NCBI GenBank assembly: GCA_902805565.1
Contig: CADCTP010000212.1
Location: 1 to 63,554 of the forward strand
Length of the DNA: 63,554 bases
From: an uncultured Mycobacteriales bacterium
Lineage (GTDB): Bacteria > Actinomycetota > Actinomycetes > Mycobacteriales > CADCTP01
Direction of reading: 5' to 3'
Both the position numbers and the translations under genes were made by a program. Positions 50,542-59,047 of the stretch are shown one piece after another. Under the pieces are notes generated by a model, which saw nothing but the letters and a program-made list of their open reading frames with translations, did no database searches and was not told where the DNA came from. Position 1 is the first letter of the stretch. Each line of letters opens with the position of its first letter.

Positions 50542-52860
50542 TCAGGGCCGTGCCGGCCGCAGCGCGGCGGCCTCCGCGCGGATCCGGCCGGCCGCCGTGA
50601 CGTCACCCAGCGCCGCGTGGACGTCCGCCGCGCGTCCGTACGCGGCCACGGCCCCCTCCAGGTCCCCCTGCTCGCGCAGCACCCCGGCCAGTTCCTCCTC
50701 GGCGCGGGCCTCGACCACCCCGAACCGTTCGACCCGGAGCAGGACGATCGCCCGACGCAGGTGCTCGGCCGCCTCGGGCAGCCGGCCGAGCGCCCGGTAC
50801 GCCGAGCCGAGCCGGGCCGTCACGGTGGACCGGGCGCCGTCCGCCACGTGCGCGGAGATGCGGCTCCCGGGGTCGTCCAGCAGGGCGAGCAGCCGCCGCA
50901 GCCCGGCCAGGGCCTGGGCGGGCCGGCCCAGTGCCAGATCGCTGTCGGCGAGGTACTGAACCGCCTGGCAGTAACCCTCCAGGTCGTCGATCGAGCGGAA
51001 CAGCGCGGCCGCCCCCGTCGCGCAGCGGGCGACCTCCTCGGTCTCCCCCAGCCTCCAGTGGGCCGTCGCGGCGTAGATCAGCGCCCAGGCCTGCTGGGCC
51101 ACGTCGCCGGCCTGCGCGGCGAGCTCACCGGCCCGCAGCGACAACCGGACCGCCTCGCCCCACTCCCCCTGCATGCTCCTGGCCCAGGACAGGTAGTTCA
51201 GCTGGCGCGCCTCCTCCGCCGGGTCGCCGAGAGCGCCCGCGGCCGCGCTGGACATCGCGAACACCTCGTCCCAGTGGCCCCAGTGCACCCAGTGATCGGA
51301 GAACCAGTGCATGGCCTCGGCGACCTCGACCACCCGGGCCGGCCGGCCGGCCGCCGCGGCGGACCGGAGCGCGGCCAGCCAGTTGTCCGCCTCGACCCGC
51401 AACCAGGCCGACGCCTCCGGCATCGACGCCAACGACACGCCGCCCGCCCAGCCGGCCGGCAGCGCGCCGAAGGCGGGCTCGAACCACCGGCCGGCCACCA
51501 CCGCGACGTCCAGCAGCCAGTCCTCCATCCGCGCGGCCGCGGCGGCCCGCTCGGCCGGTGGCTCCTCCTCGGCGAGCCGCTCCCGCGCGAACAGCCGGAC
51601 CAGGTCGTGGAACCGGTGCCGGCCGCCGGGCACGGGCTCCAGCAGTCCCAGGTCGGCCAGCTCGTCGAGCGCGTCCTCGAGCTCGGCCGGCGTGGCCCCG
51701 TCGACCGCCGCCGCCAGCGGTGCGCCGAAGTCGGGACCGGGTACGAGCGCCAGCCGTCGGAACGCCCGCCGGGCCGGCGGCGACAGGTGCTCGTACGACA
51801 GCCGGAACGCCGCCGCCACCCGGAGATCACCGGCGACGAGCTGGTCCAGCCGGCGCTCCTCCTGCCGGAGCCGGCCGGCGAGGTCGCCGGGGGTCCAGGC
51901 GGGCCGGCTCAGCAGCCGGTTGCCGGCGATCCGCAGGGCCAGCGGCAGGCATCCGCACAGCCGGGTCACCTCCTCGATCGCCGCGGTCCCCGCCGCCTGC
52001 CGGTCCGGGCCGACGATCGCGCTCAGGAGCTCACCCGCCGCGGCCGGGGACAGCGACCCGAGGTTGAGGCGCCGGACGCTCTCCAGTCCGGCCAGCAGCC
52101 GACGGCTGGTGACCAGCGTGAGGCTGCGCCCACCCGCCGGGAGCAGCGGCCGGACCTGGGCCTCGTCGGCGGCATTGTCCAGCACCACCAGGACCCGATG
52201 CTGCCGCAGGAGGGTCCGGTACAGCCCGGCCAGGTCCTGCGGGTCGGCCGGGACCGCTGACTCCGCCGTGCCGAGCGCCCGCACCAGCCGGCCCAGGGCC
52301 ACCGCGCCGGGCACCGGCTCCGGGTCCATGCCGCGCAGGTCCAGGAACAGGGCCCCGTCCGGGAACCGCGCACCGAGCACGTGCGCCGCGTGCACCGCCA
52401 GGGCGGTCTTGCCCAGCCCGGCGGGGCCGCTGACCAGGGCCACCGTGGCGGCGCCGGCCCGGCCGTCCCCGGATGCGTCGGCGAGCGCGGCGACCCAGTC
52501 CAGCTCCGCGCCCCGGCCGGTGAAGTCGGCGACCGACCGGGGCAGCTCGCACAGGCCCGCCGGTGGCGACGCCGCGGTCGACGGCAGCCGCCGGGCCCGC
52601 GCCGCCGCCAGCATCGCCCGGTGGTCGGCCGGTGGCAGCCGCAGCGCCTCGGCGACAGCGATCACCGTGCGCCGCTGCGGGGTCCGGCTGCGGCCACGCT
52701 CCATGTCGCTGATCGCCCGGGCGCTGACACCGGAGGCCTCGGCCAGCTCCTCCAGGGTCAACCGGGCCCGGTGCCGGTGCGCCCGCAGCAGCGAGCCGTA
52801 GGAGTCGTGCCCGGTCGTCGAAAGCCGCTCGTCCGCCTCCGCCACGTGGCCGAGCCCCAT
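50542..52860 (-). CDS. STAND-type regulator: XRE HTH, NB-ARC ATPase, TPR repeats (772 aa)
   Basis: HTH LTLEELAEASGVSARAISDMERG. Walker A GPAGLGKTALA. Walker B VLVVLDNA. C-terminal repeated helical pairs. The start codon is uncertain. Confidence 0.75.
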   Translation of the reverse strand: MGLGHVAEADERLSTTGHDSYGSLLRAHRHRARLTLEELAEASGVSARAISDMERGRSRTPQRRTVIAVAEALRLPPADHRAMLAAARARRLPSTAASPPAGLCELPRSVADFTGRGAELDWVAALADASGDGRAGAATVALVSGPAGLGKTALAVHAAHVLGARFPDGALFLDLRGMDPEPVPGAVALGRLVRALGTAESAVPADPQDLAGLYRTLLRQHRVLVVLDNAADEAQVRPLLPAGGRSLTLVTSRRLLAGLESVRRLNLGSLSPAAAGELLSAIVGPDRQAAGTAAIEEVTRLCGCLPLALRIAGNRLLSRPAWTPGDLAGRLRQEERRLDQLVAGDLRVAAAFRLSYEHLSPPARRAFRRLALVPGPDFGAPLAAAVDGATPAELEDALDELADLGLLEPVPGGRHRFHDLVRLFARERLAEEEPPAERAAAAARMEDWLLDVAVVAGRWFEPAFGALPAGWAGGVSLASMPEASAWLRVEADNWLAALRSAAAAGRPARVVEVAEAMHWFSDHWVHWGHWDEVFAMSSAAAGALGDPAEEARQLNYLSWARSMQGEWGEAVRLSLRAGELAAQAGDVAQQAWALIYAATAHWRLGETEEVARCATGAAALFRSIDDLEGYCQAVQYLADSDLALGRPAQALAGLRRLLALLDDPGSRISAHVADGARSTVTARLGSAYRALGRLPEAAEHLRRAIVLLRVERFGVVEARAEEELAGVLREQGDLEGAVAAYGRAADVHAALGDVTAAGRIRAEAAALRPARP

Positions 52861-53087
52861 TTCTGCGTGTGCTTCTGCATGGCCAGGCCGGCCCGCGTGC
52901 CGTTCGATGGTCCCTGACGGGCCACCCGCGAGCCAGACCCGACAGGACCAGGACGACCGCCGCCCGCCGGCGGCACCGACGCACGGCCCGGGCCCGGCCG
53001 GACCAGCAGCCCCCGGTCCCGACGGGACCGGGACCACCCGACGGCGCGTGGGCGACCCCCCGCGACGAACACAAGGAGCCAGCCACC

Positions 53088-53801
53088 ATGAAGCCCACCA
53101 TCGTCCTGGTCCACGGCGCGTACGCCGAGTCCGCCAGCTGGAACGACGTCATCGATCCGCTGCTGGACGAGGGCCACCGGGTCATCGCCTGGGCCGTACC
53201 GCTGCGCGGCGTCGCGGCCGACGCGGCCGGCCTGACCGACCTCGTCCGCAGCATCGACGGTCCGGTGCTGCTCGTCGGCCACTCCTACGGCGGCGCGCTG
53301 CTCACCAACGTCCCCGCCGACGCCGGCGACATCGTCGGGCTGGTGTTCGTCGCCGGCTACGCGCTGAACCCCGGCGAGAGCTGCGCCGACGCGTCCGGGC
53401 TGGCCCCGGGCGGGACGCTGGGCGGGACGCTGGAGCGGGTGCCGCTGTCCGGCGGCGGCTCGGACACCTACATCGCGCAGGACAAGTACCACGCCCAGTT
53501 CGCCGCGGACCTGCCCGAGGCGCAGACCAGGGTGATGGCGGTGACCCAGCGCCCGGTGCCCGAGGCGGCGCTCGGCGAGCCGTCCGGGGACCAGCCGCTG
53601 TGGCGGACCGTCCCGAGCTGGTTCCTGATCGGGGAGAAGGACCTCAACATCCCGGCGGCCGCGCAGCACATCATGGCCGAGCGCGCCGGGTCGCGGCGGA
53701 CGCTGGAGATCCCCGGCGCCTCGCACGTGGTCGGCATGTCGCACCCGGCGGAGACGGCGCAGCTGATCCTGGAGGCGGCCGGCGCGCGGTCCACGGCCTG
53801 A
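53088..53801 (+). CDS. Alpha/beta hydrolase (237 aa)
   Basis: IVLVHGA, nucleophile elbow GHSYGG, C-terminal GASHV. AAGGAG SD 9 nt before the ATG. Confidence 0.8.
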   Translation: MKPTIVLVHGAYAESASWNDVIDPLLDEGHRVIAWAVPLRGVAADAAGLTDLVRSIDGPVLLVGHSYGGALLTNVPADAGDIVGLVFVAGYALNPGESCADASGLAPGGTLGGTLERVPLSGGGSDTYIAQDKYHAQFAADLPEAQTRVMAVTQRPVPEAALGEPSGDQPLWRTVPSWFLIGEKDLNIPAAAQHIMAERAGSRRTLEIPGASHVVGMSHPAETAQLILEAAGARSTA

Positions 53802-53889
53802 CCCACCGCCACCCCGGCCCGGACGGCCCCGCCCGCTCGGGGGCCGTCCGGGCCGGGACGGCCAGACGACGACCACCCCAGGAGGGCCC

Positions 53890-54169
53890 GTGTTCGAGGG
53901 ATTCACACTGCACCAGGTGGACACCGGGCCGCGGCGACCATCGACTCCCGGCTGGATCAGGCGGACCTCGGCCACCACCGGATCGGCTGCCCGGCCCTCG
54001 CGCTGTGGGCGGCCCGAGGCCTCCTGCCGGTGCTCTACGACCCGCCGGCGGTCTGGTCGGACTGGGCCGACGACGTCCGGGCGAGGCGATCAGCAGCGGG
54101 CACTACCTGGCCGAGGAAGCCCCGCAGGACACCACCCGGGCGCCGCTGGACTTCTTCCTCGCCGGCTGA
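53890..54169 (+). pseudogene. Remnant of a haloacetate-dehalogenase/epoxide-hydrolase-type alpha/beta hydrolase (internal deletion plus two frameshifts)
   Basis: N-terminus VFEGFTLHQVDTG (frame 1). IDSRLDQADLGHHRIGCPALALWAARGLLPVLYDPPAVWSDWADDV (frame 0, from 53940). GEAISSGHYLAEEAPQDTTRAPLDFFLAG-stop (frame 2). About 200 central codons, including the nucleophile, are missing. Confidence 0.6.
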
Positions 54170-54190
54170 GCGGGGCGGACGACCGGGCCG

Positions 54191-54213
54191 GCGGTGGACG
54201 GCTCGTCCACCGC
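54191..54213. terminator. Hairpin GCGGTGGACG-GCT-CGTCCACCGC between convergent genes
   Basis: Perfect 10-bp stem with a 3-nt loop. It is 22 nt after the pseudogene stop and 59 nt after the haloperoxidase-like gene stop. Confidence 0.45.
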
Positions 54214-54271
54214 ACCCGGGGCGCCCTGGTCGGGGTGACGCCGGAGCGCCGCCCCGACCGGGGCGGGCGGG

Positions 54272-55825
54272 TCAGCCGGCGGTGCCGGTGATGTAGGTCC
54301 GGGCCTTGTCCCACGCCGCGTTGCCGACGGCCATGCCGAGGTCGCGGCCGTCGAGGTCGCCGTCCTCGAAGTGGATGCCGCCCTGCCGCCGGGACAGGCC
54401 GGCCTGGTTCGCCGCGTCGGTCCAGCTGGTGAAGCGCAGGACGGTGTCCCTGGCCGGCACCAGCCCCGGCTCGATGCCGGAGCTGCCGGCCTTCACGCTG
54501 GTCGTCAGCTGGATCGGGAACCGGTCGGTGCCGATGTAGCGCAGGAACACCTGGCAGGCGGCGGCGGAGAAGGCGCTGTGCCCGGAGGTGTACTCGGAGA
54601 ACGGCGGCGTGACGACGGACGCCTCCTGGTACGGGCGCCACTGCGACCCGTCCATCCACACGGTGCCGACCCCCGGCCCGCCCCACGCCCTGATCTTCTT
54701 GCCGGCGTACAGCCAGCGGATGTAGGAGATCGGGCGGGCGGTGTCCTGGACGCGCTTGGCGTGCCAGGTCGCGATGCTCGCGTCCAGCAGGGCGTTGCCG
54801 AGCGCGAAGAACGCCTTGACGTTGCCGTCCAGGTCCAGCTTGCCCGCGCGGGACGCGGCCTGCGCGAACATGGCCCAGTGCCCCGGCGGCAGCTCCGAGC
54901 CGGGTCCGTCGGCCCAGTAGAACGCGCTGGTCTTGGCCGCGTCGGTCAGCTTGGCGGACAGGTCCACCAGGTCCTTGGCCTGGGCCGGGAGCTTCGAGCG
55001 GTCCAACGCCGGCGGCCCGAACTGGTCGGGCCTCGTCAGCGCGAACGGGGTGACCCGACCCCACTGCGGGGTGGCGAAGGACTGCACCGTGCCCGTGCAG
55101 CCGGTCGCGCCGGCGGGTGGCGCCGGCACGCACTGCGGCTGCCACCGGTACGGGTCGTTCAGCGTGTTCCACGTGTTGACCGGGGCGTAGCCGGTGTAGT
55201 CCGAGTACGCCCGGCCGGGGACGCCGCCCGGCTCGTCGCCGCGCTGGTTGGACCCGTCCCCGCGCCGGTGCTCCAGCACGGCCTGCGCCGCCACGTTGCC
55301 GATGCCGGCCGGGGTGGTGGTGTCGGTGCTGGCGTCGGCCGGGTCGTAGCCGAGCGCGGTCATGAACGCGGTGAAGTCGGCGGCCCGGGACGGGAACAGG
55401 TCCAGCAGCACCCGGTACGACGCGTAGCTGATCGCCTTGGACTTGTAGTCGACGGTCCGCTCGTCGGCCGGCCGGCGCAGGGTGCCGCCGAGCCGGGTCC
55501 CGACCGCGGTCGCGTCGTACGCGGCCCAGGCGTCGTACCCGGCGGTGTGCACGACGGCCAGGGCCCGGGCCACGACCGTCGGGGCCGGCCCGGTCGCCCG
55601 GACCGCGGCCAGCGTCTGCTCGCCCCAGCGGAGGACGACGTCGTCGGTGGCGGCCGGGCCGTACTGGTCGAACGGCAGGGCGGTCGCCTTGCCCACCGGC
55701 TTGGCCGCCTTGGGCGCGGCCGGCGGCGTCTTCGCCGCCGACGCGCCGTTCTGGAGAACGGCCACGCCCACCAGGGACAGCACCGCGACTCCGACGACGA
55801 TTCGGACCGGGCCGAGCTTCCGCAT
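54272..55825 (-). CDS. Secreted vanadium-haloperoxidase / PAP2-superfamily protein (517 aa)
   Basis: Signal peptide MRKLGPVRIVVGVAVLSLVGVAVLQNGASAA. The three PAP2/VHPO motifs are present: KRVQDTARP, YTSGHS, SRRQGGIHFEDGD. A long helical N-domain has the size seen in actinomycete VHPOs. Confidence 0.7.
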   Translation of the reverse strand: MRKLGPVRIVVGVAVLSLVGVAVLQNGASAAKTPPAAPKAAKPVGKATALPFDQYGPAATDDVVLRWGEQTLAAVRATGPAPTVVARALAVVHTAGYDAWAAYDATAVGTRLGGTLRRPADERTVDYKSKAISYASYRVLLDLFPSRAADFTAFMTALGYDPADASTDTTTPAGIGNVAAQAVLEHRRGDGSNQRGDEPGGVPGRAYSDYTGYAPVNTWNTLNDPYRWQPQCVPAPPAGATGCTGTVQSFATPQWGRVTPFALTRPDQFGPPALDRSKLPAQAKDLVDLSAKLTDAAKTSAFYWADGPGSELPPGHWAMFAQAASRAGKLDLDGNVKAFFALGNALLDASIATWHAKRVQDTARPISYIRWLYAGKKIRAWGGPGVGTVWMDGSQWRPYQEASVVTPPFSEYTSGHSAFSAAACQVFLRYIGTDRFPIQLTTSVKAGSSGIEPGLVPARDTVLRFTSWTDAANQAGLSRRQGGIHFEDGDLDGRDLGMAVGNAAWDKARTYITGTAG

Positions 55826-56054
55826 CACGATATGGACACCTTCGAGGTCAGGGCGCGGTGCGAAGCACTGCCGATTCTGGACAGACACCGCTCACGCAGA
55901 CAAACGCTGAGAAGCTAATGGCCGCGGTCCCGAACAGCAAGGTCGAGTACGCACCGACATCTCCCGGTGACACCGGGTCGCACCGGCGCGGGTCCCGGGC
56001 ACCGCGGTCGAGCGCGGACGCCGATCCGGTCGAGCCCCTGGCGCGGCGGCGGCC

Positions 56055-56777
56055 TCATCCTCGGCTCCGGGCCGCCCCTCCCCGGTCCCCGGCGGCCGGG
56101 TCGCCCGCCGGGCAGCACCCGTCGGCGCAGCCGCCCGGGTCCGCCGGACCGGCCGGGGCCGGGGCGCAGCAGGTGTCACCGCGCCAGGCCTGCCGGCCCT
56201 CCCGGACCGCGACGGCGGCGATGACCAGCGCGGCGACCGGGTCGGCCCACCACCAGCCGAACGCGGAGTTCGCGGCCAGCCCGAGCAGCAGCACCGCCGA
56301 CAGGTACGTGCACAGCAGCGTCTGCTTGGAGTCCGCGACCGCCGACGCGGAGCCGAGCTGCCGCCCGGCCCGGCGCTGCGCCGCGGACAGCACCGGCATC
56401 ACCGCCAGCGACACCGCGGCCAGCACCAGCCCGACGGTGGAGTGGCCGGCCTGGTGCCCGGTCGCCAGGGCCCGGACGGACCCGACCCCGACGTACGCGG
56501 CCAGCGCGAAGAAGGACACCGCGATCACCCGCAGCGTCGCCCGCTCCCGCCGCTGCGGGTCGGCCGCGGCGAACTGCCAGGCCACCGCGGTCGCCGAGGC
56601 CACCTCGATCACCGAGTCGAGCCCGAAGCCGATCAGTGCCGTGGACGACGCCCGGGCGCCGGCGGTGAGGGCCACGACGGCCTCCACCAGGTTGTACGCG
56701 ATGGTCGCCGCGACCAGCAGCCGCACCCGGCGGACGAGCGCCGCCCGCCGGCCGGCCGACACGGCGACGGCGGCCAT
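56055..56777 (-). CDS. Cation-efflux (CDF-like) membrane protein with a Cys-rich C-terminus (240 aa)
   Basis: Five or six hydrophobic spans, ADSKQT motif, C-terminus GDTCCAPAP...GGCADGCCPAG. It lies downstream of an ArsR-type gene. Confidence 0.65.
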   Translation of the reverse strand: MAAVAVSAGRRAALVRRVRLLVAATIAYNLVEAVVALTAGARASSTALIGFGLDSVIEVASATAVAWQFAAADPQRRERATLRVIAVSFFALAAYVGVGSVRALATGHQAGHSTVGLVLAAVSLAVMPVLSAAQRRAGRQLGSASAVADSKQTLLCTYLSAVLLLGLAANSAFGWWWADPVAALVIAAVAVREGRQAWRGDTCCAPAPAGPADPGGCADGCCPAGDPAAGDRGGAARSRG

Positions 56778-56820
56778 CAGCGGCCCCCCGTCATCGGCAG
56801 CGGCCCGTCGTCGGCCACAG

Positions 56821-56847
56821 CGTCATCAGCGTCATCAGCGTCATCAG
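56821..56847. repeat. Perfect tandem 9-mer CGTCATCAG x3 in the arsR-type/CDF spacer
   Basis: Copies at 56821-56829, 56830-56838 and 56839-56847. On the coding (minus) strand this reads CTGATGACG x3. Confidence 0.85.
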
Positions 56848-56856
56848 CGCGGCCCG

Positions 56857-57189
56857 TCATGGGCAGCAGCTCTCGTCCGCGGCGGCCGAGCAGGCGGCCG
56901 GGTCGACGGCGAGCACGAGGCCGAGCAGGTCGCCCAGCGCGTGCCCCAGGCGGGCGTCGGCCAGCTCGTACCGCAGCCGCCGGCCCTCCGGCACCGCCAC
57001 CACCAGCCCGCAGCCGCGCAGGCAGGCCAGGTGGTTGGACAGCTTCTGCCGGCTCACCCCCAGCACGTCGGCCAACTCGGCCGGATACCCCGGCGCCTCG
57101 CGCAGCGCGAGCAGCAACCGGGCCCGGGTCGGGTCCGACAGCGCGCGCCCGAACCGGGCCAGCACCTCGCCGTACGTCAACACCTGCAC
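56857..57189 (-). CDS. ArsR/SmtB-family metalloregulator with C-terminal Cys cluster (110 aa)
   Basis: LSDPTRARLLLAL, HTH VSRQKLSNHLACLRGCGLV, C-terminus CSAAADESCCP. Confidence 0.8.
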   Translation of the reverse strand: MQVLTYGEVLARFGRALSDPTRARLLLALREAPGYPAELADVLGVSRQKLSNHLACLRGCGLVVAVPEGRRLRYELADARLGHALGDLLGLVLAVDPAACSAAADESCCP

Positions 57190-57458
57190 AACCGGGACGG
57201 TACAGCGACGCGTGAATCAAGGGAACCCTGAACAACCGGGCAGCCGGTCCGGAAGGTCCGGGTGCCGGCCGCCTCCTGAACCGGCTGCCGCTAAGGTCTC
57301 GACACAGCTTCCCCGGGCCGACATGACCGGACGTACCCGGACGAAGCGGACCACCCGAACCCGCCCGCCGTGCCGTGTCCCGGCACGGTCCCGGACCGGT
57401 CGGTGCCCGACGCAGGCCCCGTGCCCACCGGCGGGCGCCGCCACCTGGCTCCCACAAC

Positions 57459-58217
57459 ATGGCCGGCGCCCGCCGGCCCGGATTGGATCTCGTGCGCGGC
57501 GTCTCCCACGTCACCACCGGCGTCGTCGCCGGGTTGGCCACCGCCCCGCTGGTCACGTCCGGCCCGTACGAGACCGCCCTGTGGTGCGCCGCGGTCGGCG
57601 GGGCCGCGATGTGGCCCGACATCGACCATCCCTCGGCGACGATCGCCCGCACCTTCGGCCCGGTCACCACGCTGCTGTCCCGGCTGGCGTTCCGGCTGTC
57701 CGGCGGTCACCGCAAGGGCACCCACTCCCTCGCCTTCGCCGCCGCCTCCGGCGTGGTCGCCCACCTGGCCGCGTGGGCCTCCCCCGTCGCCGGCGGCGTC
57801 CTGCTGGTGCTGTTCATCGGCCTCGGCCTGCGGGGCGCGAACGCCGCGGTGCCCCGGCACCAGCGGATCAACGTCGCGGTCCACTTCGCGGTCGCGACCG
57901 GCGCCGTCCTCCTCGCGTACCAGCAGGGCCTGACGCTGGGCTGGCTCGGCGCCGCGGTGGCCCTGGGGAGCGTGACGCACCTGGCCGGGGACTGCCTCAC
58001 GGAGGCGGGGTGCCCGTTGTTCCGGCCGTGGTCGAGACGCTCGTACGGCATCCCGCTCACCGAGGACCGGCCCACCGCCGAGCCCGCGATCATCGCCGCG
58101 GTGAACCTCGCCGGCGTGGCCATGGTGATCGACCGGGCCGGCTGGTGGCCGGTGGTGGTCCAGCTCGATGTCTGGGCCACCCGGCTGGACGACCGGATGC
58201 TGCAGCTGCTGACCTGA
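57459..58217 (+). CDS. Membrane-bound metal-dependent hydrolase, YdjM/DUF457-like (252 aa)
   Basis: SHVTTG, WPDIDHP and GHRKGTHS motifs plus hydrophobic spans. The start codon is uncertain. Confidence 0.6.
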   Translation: MAGARRPGLDLVRGVSHVTTGVVAGLATAPLVTSGPYETALWCAAVGGAAMWPDIDHPSATIARTFGPVTTLLSRLAFRLSGGHRKGTHSLAFAAASGVVAHLAAWASPVAGGVLLVLFIGLGLRGANAAVPRHQRINVAVHFAVATGAVLLAYQQGLTLGWLGAAVALGSVTHLAGDCLTEAGCPLFRPWSRRSYGIPLTEDRPTAEPAIIAAVNLAGVAMVIDRAGWWPVVVQLDVWATRLDDRMLQLLT

Positions 58218-58294
58218 GCCCGCGGCGCCGCGCCCGCCGGGCCGGGGCGCCCCGGCCCGGCGCCGGAACCGGTTACGGTCGGCCGGTGGCCACT

Positions 58295-58879
58295 GTGCAC
58301 CCCGGCGCGTCGCTCGTCCCGCACTTCCGGGACTTCCTGCCGGCATGGGTGGCCCGGCAGCCGTGGTATCAGGGGACGGGCGTGCCGGCGCTGCGCCCGG
58401 TGGGCTTCATCCGGTTCACCGACCCCGCCGGCGAGGTCGGCCTCGAGACCCACCTGGTCACCGACGGCGCCACCACCTACCAGCTCCCGCTGACCTACCG
58501 GGGTGCGCCGCTGGCCGGCGCCGGACCGGTCGCGACCGCCCGGCACAGCGTGCTGGGCAGCCGGTGGATCTACGACGGCGTCACCGACCCGGTGTGGCGG
58601 TCGGTGCTCGTACGGCTCGTCCGGTCCGGCGGGGTGTCCGATCCCGCGGAGAGGTCCGGGGTGGGGCGGGCGGAGGCGCGCGGGCTCCTGCTCGGGCCGG
58701 CGGAGCGGCTGGACGGCCCCGTCGCTATCGACCTCGACCGGGTACCGGCGGCGGACGCGGCGACCGGCCGGCAGCCCGCGGACCCGGACCTGCTCGGCGT
58801 GGTCCTCGGGCGGTGGCATCCCGACGGGCCGGACCGGCCGGCGGTCGCGGCCCGGTTGGCGCGGCTCCGCCCGGCCTGA
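58295..58879 (+). CDS. Stand-alone maltokinase N-terminal-cap-like domain protein (194 aa)
   Basis: FLPAWVARQPWYQGTG...YQLPLTYR resembles the Mak/Pep2 N-cap signature. No kinase domain follows. Confidence 0.5.
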   Translation: MHPGASLVPHFRDFLPAWVARQPWYQGTGVPALRPVGFIRFTDPAGEVGLETHLVTDGATTYQLPLTYRGAPLAGAGPVATARHSVLGSRWIYDGVTDPVWRSVLVRLVRSGGVSDPAERSGVGRAEARGLLLGPAERLDGPVAIDLDRVPAADAATGRQPADPDLLGVVLGRWHPDGPDRPAVAARLARLRPA

Positions 58880-59047
58880 CCGGCCGCGGCCCGGCCCCGC
58901 GTCCACGTCGGGGGCTGACCAGCTCGGGCCGGGCGTGAATACGCTCGGGGTGCTCCCGGGCGGGCGCCGACGTAGTTTCGCCGGGAGCGGCTCCGCACGC
59001 CGGTCGGCGATGAGGCCCGTTCGGGGAGGGGACTGGGAGATGGCCGC

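Noticed and set aside
55858-57231. 457-aa plus-strand ORF across the CDF and ArsR-type genes, and 56777..57670 (-, 297 aa)
   Set aside because: These are antisense or out-of-frame low-complexity translations. The ADDADDADDA run in the second is just the 9-bp tandem repeat read in another frame.
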